Shown: positions 9,658 to 18,427 of the stretch, one piece after another | Layout: each line of letters opens with the position of its first letter | Numbering within the stretch: the first letter of the stretch is position 1 | Assembly (NCBI GenBank): GCA_016208545.1 | Contig: JACQXU010000048.1 | Location: forward strand, 1 to 42,018 | Direction of reading: 5' to 3' | Source: Candidatus Uhrbacteria bacterium | GTDB lineage: Bacteria; Patescibacteriota; Patescibacteriia; UBA9934; GWF2-40-263 | Length of the DNA stretch: 42,018 bases | Notes under the pieces: generated by a model | Database searches by the model: none | Told to the model about the DNA's origin: nothing | The model's input: the letters and a program-made list of their open reading frames with translations, nothing else | Position numbers and translations under genes: made by a program

Positions 9658-10857
9658 TTATTTGATGATCCGTACAAAATGTCTTTTTCCTTTCTGAATA
9701 AGAACGCCTTCTTTTGTTGGTTTTACAACCTGCTCCAAATCTTCAACTACTTTTTCATCCAATTTAACTCCGCCGCCTTCAATCAATCTCCGCGCGTCGG
9801 ATTTTGATTTTGCAATTCCCGAATCAACTAAAACATCAACGATCAACATTGCTGATGCAATTTTGTGTTCTGGAATATTTTCCGGAATCTCGTGTTCTTT
9901 AAACATTTGATCAAACTGATCGCTTGCGGCTTGTGCTTCTTTTTCTCCAAAATATTGCGCGACAATTTCACGAGCAAGTCGCGCTTTCAAATCGCGCGGA
10001 TTAACGCCACTTTTTATTTCTTTTTCAATCGGTTTGAGTTCAACATCAGTCAAAATTTCAAACCCTGGCAAAATCATTCCATCAGTCCAACTCATAATTT
10101 TACCAAACACTTCATCACTCGAATCCGAAAGTCGAATCATATTTCCTTCGCTCTTCCCCATTTTCTTTCCAGTTGGATCTTCAAGAAGTTTATTTGCAAT
10201 CACAAACTTTTCTTTTCCTTTCATTGCTTTCATAAGTGTTCGACCGGCAAGCATGTTGAAAGTTTGATCGTTTCCGCCGACTTCTCCATCAACATCCATC
10301 GCAACACAATCATAACCTTGCATGAGCGGATAGAGAAACTCGTGCATATAAATATCTTTCCCATCTTTTATTCTTTGTTTGAACATGTCTCGCGCTAACA
10401 TTTGCGGAACAGTAAAATGTGCCGCGAGTTCGACAACCTCCGTAAAACTCATTTTTCCAAGCCACTCACTATTATATTTGAGTTCGACTGAATTTTTCCC
10501 TCCAAAATCTAAAATTTTTCCAGCTTGTTCTTTATATTTTTCTGCGTTTTTCAAAACTTGCTCGCGAGTTAGTCGAACACGAGTTGCAGATTTGTCAGTT
10601 GGATCGCCAATCATTCCAGTAAAATCGCCGATCAATAAAATAATCTTGTGCCCAAGTTCTTGAAACTGACGCAACTTCCGAAGCTGTATTGAGTGACCGA
10701 TATGAAGATCTGGCCCAGTTGGATCAATCCCGAGATAAAGCGAAAGCTGTTTCCCCTCTTTCAAACGCGCTGACAAAAACTCGCGCGAAGGAAAAATATT
10801 TTCCACTCCACGCGTCAAAAGCGCTTCAATTTTTTTTGGATCTGTGTCTATTGTCAT
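9658..10857 (-). CDS. tyrS: Tyrosine--tRNA ligase
   Basis: 399 aa. Class I HIGH motif (PDLHIGHS), KMSKS-type motif (KKMGKS), C-terminal S4-like domain. Confidence 0.96.
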   Translation of the reverse strand: MTIDTDPKKIEALLTRGVENIFPSREFLSARLKEGKQLSLYLGIDPTGPDLHIGHSIQLRKLRQFQELGHKIILLIGDFTGMIGDPTDKSATRVRLTREQVLKNAEKYKEQAGKILDFGGKNSVELKYNSEWLGKMSFTEVVELAAHFTVPQMLARDMFKQRIKDGKDIYMHEFLYPLMQGYDCVAMDVDGEVGGNDQTFNMLAGRTLMKAMKGKEKFVIANKLLEDPTGKKMGKSEGNMIRLSDSSDEVFGKIMSWTDGMILPGFEILTDVELKPIEKEIKSGVNPRDLKARLAREIVAQYFGEKEAQAASDQFDQMFKEHEIPENIPEHKIASAMLIVDVLVDSGIAKSKSDARRLIEGGGVKLDEKVVEDLEQVVKPTKEGVLIQKGKRHFVRIIK

Positions 10858-10870
10858 AAACGTAAAAAAA

Positions 10871-11611
10871 TTAAAGTTGTGATAACCAGTTTCTAATCAC
10901 TTTTTTTGTATCCTCTGGTCCTTCAACAGCGATCGTTTCGATTCCCGTACGTTTAACCGGTTCATCATTGCCGCCTTCGTACAACGCGTCCCCGACGAAA
11001 ATCATCTTGTGAACGTCGATTTTTAAATGTTTTTCCATTTCGCCAATGCCATATCCTTTGTCGATTCCTTTCATTGTAACATCAATTGAAGATTTTCCTG
11101 GAACCTTAATTTCAAACTCTGGAAGATATTCTTTTAATCTCCCAACTATTTCCCATCTACGATCTGCCGATGATCCTTTGTAGGCATCTTTGAGTTCAAT
11201 TGGGGCTTGTTGACCTAAAGCGGAAAACGTTATTTGCGTGCCGCGATCTTCAATTACTTCCCCATAAACAGTTTTTGGATGTTCGTACCCGATATCTTTG
11301 AAGGCCATTCCAAACGCTTCCTTGATTTTTACACGCTGTTCCAATGAAAGTTCGTGCGCGTACACTGTCTTCCACGCCCCATTTTCATAACGCAAAAACC
11401 TCGCGCCAGAAGTTGGAAACAACAACAATTTAGGAAAAAGATGCTCATGACCTCGAAGACTGACTAAAAGTTGAACTTCAAACACAGGAAACCACCCGCC
11501 TCCAATAACGGCTACAATGCGTTTTTACAACAATCTTGAAAAGAGATAAACCATTTCAGCATCCATTGGAGTTTTGCTTCTGGCCAATGTCCCATCAAGA
11601 TCAAAAACCAT
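10871..11611 (-). pseudogene. HAD-IIB family hydrolase (phosphomannomutase-like) interrupted by one in-frame TAA
   Basis: My translation upstream of the track ORF gives MVFDLDGTLARSKTPMDAEMVYLFSRLL*KRIVAVIGGGWFPVFEVQ. The catalytic DLDGT motif is separated from the rest by the TAA at 11525-11527. The C-terminal part has the GDALYEGGND motif. Confidence 0.75.
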
Positions 11612-11689
11612 ATTCTGCTTATTATCGTTGTCCTGCTCGCGCTTTGGCTTATTCTAACATATAACGGCCTTGTCAGCTCAAGAAATCGA

Positions 11690-12148
11690 GTGGATGAAGC
11701 CTGGTCGGATATTGAAGTTCAGCTCAAGCGCAGATACGACCTAATTCCAAACATCGTAAATACTGTGAAGGGAAATGCGACACACGAAGAAAGTGTGTTT
11801 AGCAAAGTTACAGAAGCGCGCTCGGCCGCAATGGGAGCTCACACAATGAAAGATCACGCGAAAGCGGAAAACATGTTGAGCGAAACGCTCAAGTCTCTTT
11901 TTGCTGTTGCTGAAAGCTATCCGCAATTGCAAGCTTCGCAAAACTTTCTACAACTTCAACACGAACTCACAGATGCTGAAGATAAAATACAGGCCGCGCG
12001 ACGTTTCTACAACGCAAACACTCGCGACTTCAACACAAAACTCGAAGTTTTCCCAACAAACTTGATTGCTGGAACATTTGGATTTACACGTCGGGAATTT
12101 TTTGATGCGCCGGATGTTGAACTCGAAAAACCGGAAGTGAAGTTTTAG
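11690..12148 (+). CDS. lemA: LemA family protein (5' end unresolved)
   Basis: VDEAWSDIEVQLKRRYDLIPN is the typical LemA core. The reading frame and a LemA-like TM helix (ILLIIVVLLALWLILTYNGLVSSRNR) continue upstream to 11612, but there is no ATG/GTG/TTG before the GTG at 11690. Confidence 0.8.
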   Translation: MDEAWSDIEVQLKRRYDLIPNIVNTVKGNATHEESVFSKVTEARSAAMGAHTMKDHAKAENMLSETLKSLFAVAESYPQLQASQNFLQLQHELTDAEDKIQAARRFYNANTRDFNTKLEVFPTNLIAGTFGFTRREFFDAPDVELEKPEVKF

Positions 12149-12154
12149 AAAGAA

Positions 12155-12245
12155 TCTTGGAGTCGAAAGACAAAGTCGTGAAGTCTTGGAGTAAATTATT
12201 CAACAACTCCGTGACTCTGCGCTCCAGACTTCAGGACTCCATAAC
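12155..12245. repeat. Imperfect long hairpin built from GGAGTC/GACTCC words at 8-bp spacing (family R3)
   Basis: Left arm cttggagtcgaaagacaaagtcgtgaagtcttggagt. Right arm actccgtgactctgcgctccagacttcaggactccat. Fills the lemA-htpX spacer. Confidence 0.75.
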
Positions 12246-12251
12246 TTCCAT

Positions 12252-13124
12252 ATGTACTCCCAAATCACTTCCAACAAACGCAAAACTTGGTTGCTCATCT
12301 CGCTGTTTTGCGCGGTGATTGTTGCGCTTGGTTGGGTTTTCGGAGCTTGGATCGGAAACGAACAGTTTGGAATCATCGCGGCTGTTCTCATCGCAACGAT
12401 CATGACACTTGTTGGATATTATAAAGGTGATTCAGTCGCACTTGCGGTTTCTGGCGCAAAAGAAATTAAAAAACAAGATAATCCTGAACTTTATCGGCTA
12501 GTTGAAAACTTAAGCATCGCTTCTGGACTTCAAACACCAAAAGTTTTCATTATTCAAGACAACTCTGCAAATGCTTTTGCAACAGGCCGCGATCCAGAGC
12601 ACGCGTCAGTCGCTGTCACAACCGGACTTTTGCAGATCATGGACAAGCAAGAACTCGAAGGCGTTCTAGCACACGAACTTTCACATATTAAAAATTATGA
12701 CATCCGTGTAATGACAATAGTCGTCGTGCTTGTCGGAGTCATTATGCTTTTGTCAGACTGGATGTTGCGATCAATGTTTCACTCTGATAGCGACAACAAA
12801 GCCGCTGGAATTCTAGTGATTGTCGGAATTATTTTGGCGGTTTTGTCTCCTCTGTTTGCAGAATTGATTAAACTCGCAGTTTCACGTTCGCGAGAATACT
12901 TGGCTGATGCGTCCGGCGCGCTTCTAACTCGTTATCCAGAAGGTTTGGCTCGAGCGCTTGAAAAAATCGCTGTTCACGATCAACCAATGAAAAAAGCAAA
13001 TCACGCAACAGCGCATTTATTTCTTGCAAATCCATTTGATCCGCATGTCACAAAAAAATTCGAACATTTGTTTTCAACTCACCCGCCGATTGAAGAGAGA
13101 ATAGCGAAATTAAAAAAAATGTAA
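12252..13124 (+). CDS. htpX: M48 family zinc metalloprotease HtpX
   Basis: 290 aa with TM helices, the HELSHIKN zinc motif and a downstream EYLAD glutamate motif. Confidence 0.93.
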   Translation: MYSQITSNKRKTWLLISLFCAVIVALGWVFGAWIGNEQFGIIAAVLIATIMTLVGYYKGDSVALAVSGAKEIKKQDNPELYRLVENLSIASGLQTPKVFIIQDNSANAFATGRDPEHASVAVTTGLLQIMDKQELEGVLAHELSHIKNYDIRVMTIVVVLVGVIMLLSDWMLRSMFHSDSDNKAAGILVIVGIILAVLSPLFAELIKLAVSRSREYLADASGALLTRYPEGLARALEKIAVHDQPMKKANHATAHLFLANPFDPHVTKKFEHLFSTHPPIEERIAKLKKM

Positions 13125-13207
13125 GTCTTGGAGTCTTGGGAAAGTCTTGGAGTCATTAGAAAATGTTTGCGCTTCCGACTCCATGACTCTGCACTTCCGA
13201 CTTCATA
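13124..13207. repeat. R3 hairpin element (GGAGTC words at 8-bp spacing)
   Basis: agtcttggagtcttgggaaagtcttggagtcat ... cttccgactccatgactctgcacttccgacttcat. Fills the htpX-clpC spacer and creates the false N-terminal extension of the 13147 ORF. Confidence 0.75.
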
Positions 13208-13218
13208 ACTTTTCCCCT

Positions 13219-15711
13219 ATGCCCTTCGACATTGTTGATAAATTTTCAACGCATCTCAAAAACGTGCTGACTCGCGCGCTTTGTTTTGCCGTTGAAATGA
13301 ACGAAAAATCAATCGAACCTGAACATTTGCTTTGGGCGCTTGGAACTCAAAAAGGAAGCATCGGCGCTGAACTTCTAAAAAAATCCGGAATCAAACAACA
13401 GGAATTGAGATCGTTTGTCGGCGCAACACAAAAAATAAAAACAAAACCGAAAATGCTTGGTGATTCAACTTTGAATCTCTCAAACGACGCGAAACGAATC
13501 GTTGAAAAGGCAGTGCTCACAGCAAACATTTACGGACACAGATACGTCGGAACAGAGCATTTGCTTTCAGGAATTATCCAGGCCGGAGGAGAAATTATTG
13601 ATCAATTTTTTCAAATGCAAAAAACAGACATAAAAACATTAAAACAACAATTGTCAATCGTTCTTAAAAATACTTCGAAATTTCCAGACATCGCAGGCGC
13701 GATTGTGGGAGCTGATGGAAAAAACACCTCACCAATCACAACAATTTCAGAAGAAGAAACAAATAAAATTCCTGCCCTTGAATTTTTTGGCCGTGAACTC
13801 ACTGATCCAGAAGTTCAAAAAACAATTGATCCTGTGATCGGACGCGAAAATGAAATCGAACGGCTAATGCAAATACTTTGCAGGCGCACAAAAAATAATC
13901 CTCTGCTTCTTGGAGCGCCCGGAGTTGGCAAAACAGCGATTGTGGAAGGTTTGGCCAAACGTGTTGTGGACGGAAATGCTCCATCAGCGCTTCTTTACAA
14001 ACGTATTTTTTCAATTGATCTAGCTCTCATGATCGCAGGAACAATGTATCGCGGCGAGTTTGAAGGTCGTCTGCGTCAAATTATTGACGAGGTTAAAAAA
14101 AATAGCGACATAATTTTGTTCATTGACGAAGTTCACACAATCGTCGGAGCAGGAGCGGCTTCTGGTTCAATGGATGCGGCCAACATTCTAAAACCGGCTC
14201 TTGCTCGCGGAGAAATCCACTGCATCGGCGCAACAACCGCAGAAGATTATAAAAAACATCTGGAATCCGACAGCGCGCTTGAACGTCGTTTCCAAACAAT
14301 TTTTGTTGAAGAGCCGTCGCTTGAAGAAGCGCAAACTATTTTGCAAGGCCTTGCTCCTCATTACGAAAAATTTCATAACGTTCGTTTCAGTCCAGACGCA
14401 CTCATTCAAGCTGTAAAACTTTCCGCGCGTTATTTGCAGGATCGCCAATTGCCTGACAAAGCGATTGATCTTATTGATGAAGCCGCGTCTGCGATTCGTT
14501 TAAATTTCATTCCGTCCGCTTCGATTCAAAATCGCTATCGTTTGGAAAAAGAGTTGAATAGAGTGCGCGAAACAAAACGCCAAGCCGTTGTCGAAGAACG
14601 ATTTTTAGATGCTGTTGAACTAAAAGAACAAGAAGAACACATGAGGTTTGTAATTGAGACCTCTTCGCAGGAAGAGGGTCGAGGCTCTGTGCCAATCGTA
14701 ACAGAAAAAGATATAGCGCAAATTATCAGTCGCATAACCGGAATTCCGCTTAACGAACTCACGCAGTCAAGCATCTCAAACGCAAAAGAAATCGAAGAAC
14801 GGCTTTCACAACGAATTTTTGGACAAGAACGAACGATAAGTTCCGTCGCGGGAGCGCTCGCGCGCGCAAAAACAGGCGTTGTTCATCCAAAACGTCCGCT
14901 TGGATCATTTCTGTTTTTGGGTCCGTCAGGAGTTGGAAAAACAGAACTCGCAAAAGCGATCGCGCGTGAATTTTTCCACGATGAAAAAAATTTTGTGCGT
15001 CTTGATATGTCCGAATACTCGGAAGGTTTCACGATTTCAAAATTGATCGGCGCTCCAGCCGGATATGTCGGATATAAAGATCAAGCCAATCTGACGGATC
15101 GTGTAAAACAACGGCCGTATTCGGTTGTACTCTTTGATGAAATGGAAAAAGCGCATCGCGATGTGCAAAATTTGCTTTTGCAAATTCTGGAAGAAGGTGA
15201 ACTCACTGACGCAACAGGACGTCGCGTGAATTTCAAAAATACAATCATTGTAATGACTTCAAACATTGGAATGGAAAAATTTGAACATGGATCAATCGGT
15301 TTTGGCGGATCGTCGGAAGATAAACGCGCATCGCTTTATCAAGACATTCGAAAAGAACTCGAAGAACGCTTCCGACCAGAATTTGTGAACCGTATTGAGA
15401 CAATGTGCATTTTTGAATCCTTACCAAAATCTGTTTTAACGCGTATCATTGAGAAGGAATTGAACGAACTGATCGAACGAATGAAAGAACAACACACAAT
15501 AGCTTTATCAGTTGATCCAGAACTTGCGACACATCTCTCTCAAAGTTTGGATCCGCGTCTTGGCGCCAGAAGCGTTCGACAAAAAATTCAAACCGATGTT
15601 GAAACAAAAATCGCTGAACGTCTCGCGAAAAAAGATCGCCCATCGAAATTGTGTGTTGAAATAAAAAATGGAATGGTTTGCGTGATAAAAGTGAAAAGCA
15701 ACCACGGATAA
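13219..15711 (+). CDS. clpC: Clp/Hsp100 AAA+ ATPase, ClpC-like
   Basis: Two Clp_N repeats (EHLLWAL, EHLLSGI), two Walker A sites ([16 protein letters not shown]), a short middle linker and an IGF loop (GSIGFGG), consistent with ClpP docking. Start set at ATG 13219. Confidence 0.88.
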   Translation: MPFDIVDKFSTHLKNVLTRALCFAVEMNEKSIEPEHLLWALGTQKGSIGAELLKKSGIKQQELRSFVGATQKIKTKPKMLGDSTLNLSNDAKRIVEKAVLTANIYGHRYVGTEHLLSGIIQAGGEIIDQFFQMQKTDIKTLKQQLSIVLKNTSKFPDIAGAIVGADGKNTSPITTISEEETNKIPALEFFGRELTDPEVQKTIDPVIGRENEIERLMQILCRRTKNNPLLLGAPGVGKTAIVEGLAKRVVDGNAPSALLYKRIFSIDLALMIAGTMYRGEFEGRLRQIIDEVKKNSDIILFIDEVHTIVGAGAASGSMDAANILKPALARGEIHCIGATTAEDYKKHLESDSALERRFQTIFVEEPSLEEAQTILQGLAPHYEKFHNVRFSPDALIQAVKLSARYLQDRQLPDKAIDLIDEAASAIRLNFIPSASIQNRYRLEKELNRVRETKRQAVVEERFLDAVELKEQEEHMRFVIETSSQEEGRGSVPIVTEKDIAQIISRITGIPLNELTQSSISNAKEIEERLSQRIFGQERTISSVAGALARAKTGVVHPKRPLGSFLFLGPSGVGKTELAKAIAREFFHDEKNFVRLDMSEYSEGFTISKLIGAPAGYVGYKDQANLTDRVKQRPYSVVLFDEMEKAHRDVQNLLLQILEEGELTDATGRRVNFKNTIIVMTSNIGMEKFEHGSIGFGGSSEDKRASLYQDIRKELEERFRPEFVNRIETMCIFESLPKSVLTRIIEKELNELIERMKEQHTIALSVDPELATHLSQSLDPRLGARSVRQKIQTDVETKIAERLAKKDRPSKLCVEIKNGMVCVIKVKSNHG

Positions 15712-15713
15712 AA

Positions 15714-15741
15714 ATGTCGGATGTCAAATGTCAGATGTCAA
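15714..15741. repeat. Four tandem 7-bp units (ATGTCNN)
   Basis: atgtcgg atgtcaa atgtcag atgtcaa, immediately after the clpC stop. Confidence 0.85.
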
Positions 15742-15755
15742 ATTAGTCATTCTCT

Positions 15756-16448
15756 ATGCCCCTTCCCGCCATTGCAGTCACTGCTGGACGACTAGCCGCC
15801 GGAACTGGCCGTGCGGTAGCTTCTAGCTCTGCAAAAGGCGCAACTGGAGCCGCAAAAGTTGGATCACAAACTTCTCAACTCAAAAGCCAATTGCAAAAAG
15901 CGCGCAGACAAAATCAAGAACAGGAACCTGAAACAAATGCTCAAACTACTGCAATGACGCAAGCAATTTCTGCTGGAAGTCCAACGCAACAGCTCAAACA
16001 AGCGATCTCAATGGCGCGAACAAATTTGCTTAAAGCCGGCGCTGGAAATGGTGAGGCAGAATCTGGTGACTCACAAGAACTTGTAAAAATTGCTGCGCAA
16101 AGAGTGATACCTCGCGCGATTGCGTTTGCGGCAAATCACATCGCTGGCGCGCTCGAATTAAGCACAGGCGGAACTGCCTTTGTCGTAACTTGGCTTGTAC
16201 GCCTAATCACGCTTGGATGGCTAAACGTTGAAATGTTTTACGGACGTTGGATCGCGAAAGGAAAAAGCAAAGTGATTGCTCCGATTGCCTGGGATCCTTT
16301 TCCAATGCCGATCGATAAAGACGCGAACATTTTGCAGGCGCTTGTGATAATAGCCGACATTTTTTGTATAATTCTTTTAATTTTACCTTTTGTCCTGCCG
16401 ATCATTTTATTTTCAGCAGTCGTCGGCGGAATAACCTCAATTTTTTGA
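15756..16448 (+). CDS. Hypothetical membrane protein (low-complexity N-terminal half, multi-TM C-terminal half)
   Basis: 230-aa ORF with an Ala/Gly/Gln-rich N terminus and C-terminal helices (FVVTWLVRLITLGWL, ALVIIADIFCIILLILPFVLPIILFSAVVGG). Its stop is 3 nt before the next gene. Confidence 0.6.
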   Translation: MPLPAIAVTAGRLAAGTGRAVASSSAKGATGAAKVGSQTSQLKSQLQKARRQNQEQEPETNAQTTAMTQAISAGSPTQQLKQAISMARTNLLKAGAGNGEAESGDSQELVKIAAQRVIPRAIAFAANHIAGALELSTGGTAFVVTWLVRLITLGWLNVEMFYGRWIAKGKSKVIAPIAWDPFPMPIDKDANILQALVIIADIFCIILLILPFVLPIILFSAVVGGITSIF

Positions 16449-16451
16449 TAT

Positions 16452-17675
16452 ATGCAGGAGCCACTCAAACGCATTCTTACCATTATCGGTTTTATTCTTT
16501 CTGTAATTGTGATCGCTTTTGGAATCTATTTTGCGTTCTTCAGAGCTCAACCTCTTCCTGGTGAAGGAACACCGACTTCAGAAGAAGGAGCAATTGGTGA
16601 ACTGCCAAACGCTGGAGAAGGCGCGCCAAGCGTGACAGAAGAAGGAACTGCTGTCACGGGAGGTCTGCAAGAGGCTGATCAAACAGCGCGCGGAGGCGTT
16701 ACAGTCACAACAGAACTCACACAATCGTCAGTGTTTAACACAGCTCTTGCAGGCGACGGAAAAAGTATGAATTTTTATGATGAGTCCGACGGAAAATTTT
16801 ACAGTATTGATTCGAAAGGAAACGTTAAAGCGCTTTCAGAAAAACAATTTCCTTCTGTTGAAAAAGCAACGTGGAATAAAGATGCGCAAAAAGCAATTCT
16901 CGAATTTCCAGACGGTTCAAATGTTGTTTACGATTTTGACGCTGAAACTCAAGTTACACTTCCAAAACATTGGGAAGATTTTGATTTCTCTCCAACGACC
17001 GATGAATTGGCCGCAAAAAGTCTCGGGCTTGATCCTGACAACCGCTGGCTGGTGCTTTCAAACGCTGACGGTTCAAATGTAAAAAGCATTCAAGCTCTCG
17101 GTGACAACGAAAGCAAAGTTCAAGTGAACTGGTCGCCAAACGATCAGGTAGTTGCGTTTTCAGACACAGCTGAAGGTCAAGGAAGTTTTGATCGAAAACT
17201 GATTGTTCCGCTTGGAAAAAATCACGAAAACTTCAAAGGACTCGAAGTTGAAGGGCTTGGTTTTTCTTCACAATGGTCGCCAGACGGAAAACAGCTTTTG
17301 TATTCCGTTTCAGGATCGTACAGTAATTATCGCCCGCTTTTGTGGATTGTGGACGGCACAAGCGCGAGCATGGGAAAAAATCGCAAAAGTCTTTCGGTGA
17401 ACACTTGGGTTGAAAAATGTTCGTTCGCTAGCTCTGACACAATTTTTTGCGCAGTCCCTCGCGATCTTCCGCCAAATGCTGGATTTCAACCTGCGGCATT
17501 TAACGATCTTTCAGATTCACTTTACAAAATAGATCTTGCAACAGGAACTTCTACTCTAATCGCAATTCCAGAAGGAGATAAAACAATGTCAAATTTGTTT
17601 GTGACAGAAGATCAATCGCTTTTGTATTACACAAACACAATAAGCGGACGTTTGGAATATATTAAGTTAAAATAG
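16452..17675 (+). CDS. Membrane-anchored TolB-like beta-propeller (PD40-repeat) protein
   Basis: N-terminal TM helix (ILTIIGFILSVIVIAFGIYFAFF). Repeated WSP(D/N)G..(L/V).(Y/F)S motifs (WSPNDQVVAFSD, WSPDGKQLLYSV). Confidence 0.7.
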   Translation: MQEPLKRILTIIGFILSVIVIAFGIYFAFFRAQPLPGEGTPTSEEGAIGELPNAGEGAPSVTEEGTAVTGGLQEADQTARGGVTVTTELTQSSVFNTALAGDGKSMNFYDESDGKFYSIDSKGNVKALSEKQFPSVEKATWNKDAQKAILEFPDGSNVVYDFDAETQVTLPKHWEDFDFSPTTDELAAKSLGLDPDNRWLVLSNADGSNVKSIQALGDNESKVQVNWSPNDQVVAFSDTAEGQGSFDRKLIVPLGKNHENFKGLEVEGLGFSSQWSPDGKQLLYSVSGSYSNYRPLLWIVDGTSASMGKNRKSLSVNTWVEKCSFASSDTIFCAVPRDLPPNAGFQPAAFNDLSDSLYKIDLATGTSTLIAIPEGDKTMSNLFVTEDQSLLYYTNTISGRLEYIKLK

Positions 17676-17676
17676 T

Positions 17677-18324
17677 ATGAACAAATGGCTCTCTTTTATT
17701 TTGATCGGCTTTTTTGCCGTTGTTGTTTTTCTTTTTTATTCTTTTTTTCTTCAGCCAATCAATTTTGAACGTTTGCAAAAAGAACAACAAAAAATAACAC
17801 TCACTGAACCGACAGCAACATTTGTGAACCCTTCGCGCGGTGCAAACAACGCAAAAGTCACAATTATTGAGTTTGGGGATTTTGAATGCACAGCGTGCCG
17901 AGATTTGATGCCAGCTCTTGAAACCGCGCTCAAAACCTATCCAAACGACGTTCGTCTTGTTTGGAAAGATTTACCAAATGATTCTGCGCACGATCAAGCG
18001 ACTCCGTCAGCAGTGGCCGCGCATTGTGCTGACAGACAAAGCGCTTTTTGGCAATATCATGACGTCTTATTTCAACGACAAGGATATTTATCAGAAGATC
18101 AATACATTCAAATCGCGAATGAACTCAAACTTGATACAGACCGGTTTGCCTCGTGTATTCAAGATCAAGATACTCTTCCGATAGTTCAAAAAGACAAAGA
18201 AGAAGGATTGGCGCTTGGAATTGTCGCCACACCAACTGTTTTTGTGAATAAAGAAAAACTTGTCGGAGCAGTTAGTGTGGACGAACTATTGCAAGTGATT
18301 CAACAAGAACTTTCAAAACAATAA
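17677..18324 (+). CDS. DsbA-family thiol:disulfide oxidoreductase, membrane anchored
   Basis: N-terminal TM helix and a thioredoxin-fold CxxC site (FGDFECTACR) in a DsbA-like context (TPTVFVN). Confidence 0.85.
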   Translation: MNKWLSFILIGFFAVVVFLFYSFFLQPINFERLQKEQQKITLTEPTATFVNPSRGANNAKVTIIEFGDFECTACRDLMPALETALKTYPNDVRLVWKDLPNDSAHDQATPSAVAAHCADRQSAFWQYHDVLFQRQGYLSEDQYIQIANELKLDTDRFASCIQDQDTLPIVQKDKEEGLALGIVATPTVFVNKEKLVGAVSVDELLQVIQQELSKQ

Positions 18325-18348
18325 TTATGAAACAGTCGCGAAACATGT

Positions 18349-18427
18349 CATTGCGAGGAGCGAAGCGACGAAGCAATCTCTGCAAACTAGGAGATTGCTT
18401 CGCTCCCTTTTGGTCGCTCGCAATGAC
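18349..18427. repeat. Palindromic element of about 80 bp (family R2), second copy
   Basis: cattgcgaggagcgaagcgacgaagcaatctc tgcaaactagg gagattgcttcgctccc...cgctcgcaatgac. The ATG chosen for the next gene (18423) lies in the terminal caATGac. Confidence 0.85.

Noticed and set aside
11540-11700. Replication origin at the divergent strand switch
   Set aside because: The switch in gene orientation is origin-like. However, there is no intergenic DNA, no dnaA or dnaN, and no cluster of DnaA-box-like 9-mers that I could recognise.
18327-18422. N-terminal extension MKQSRNMSLRGAKRRSNLCKLGDCFAPFWSLA of the pilin-amidase ORF
   Set aside because: It is encoded entirely by the R2 palindromic element. 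A typical signal peptide starts at the ATG at 18423.
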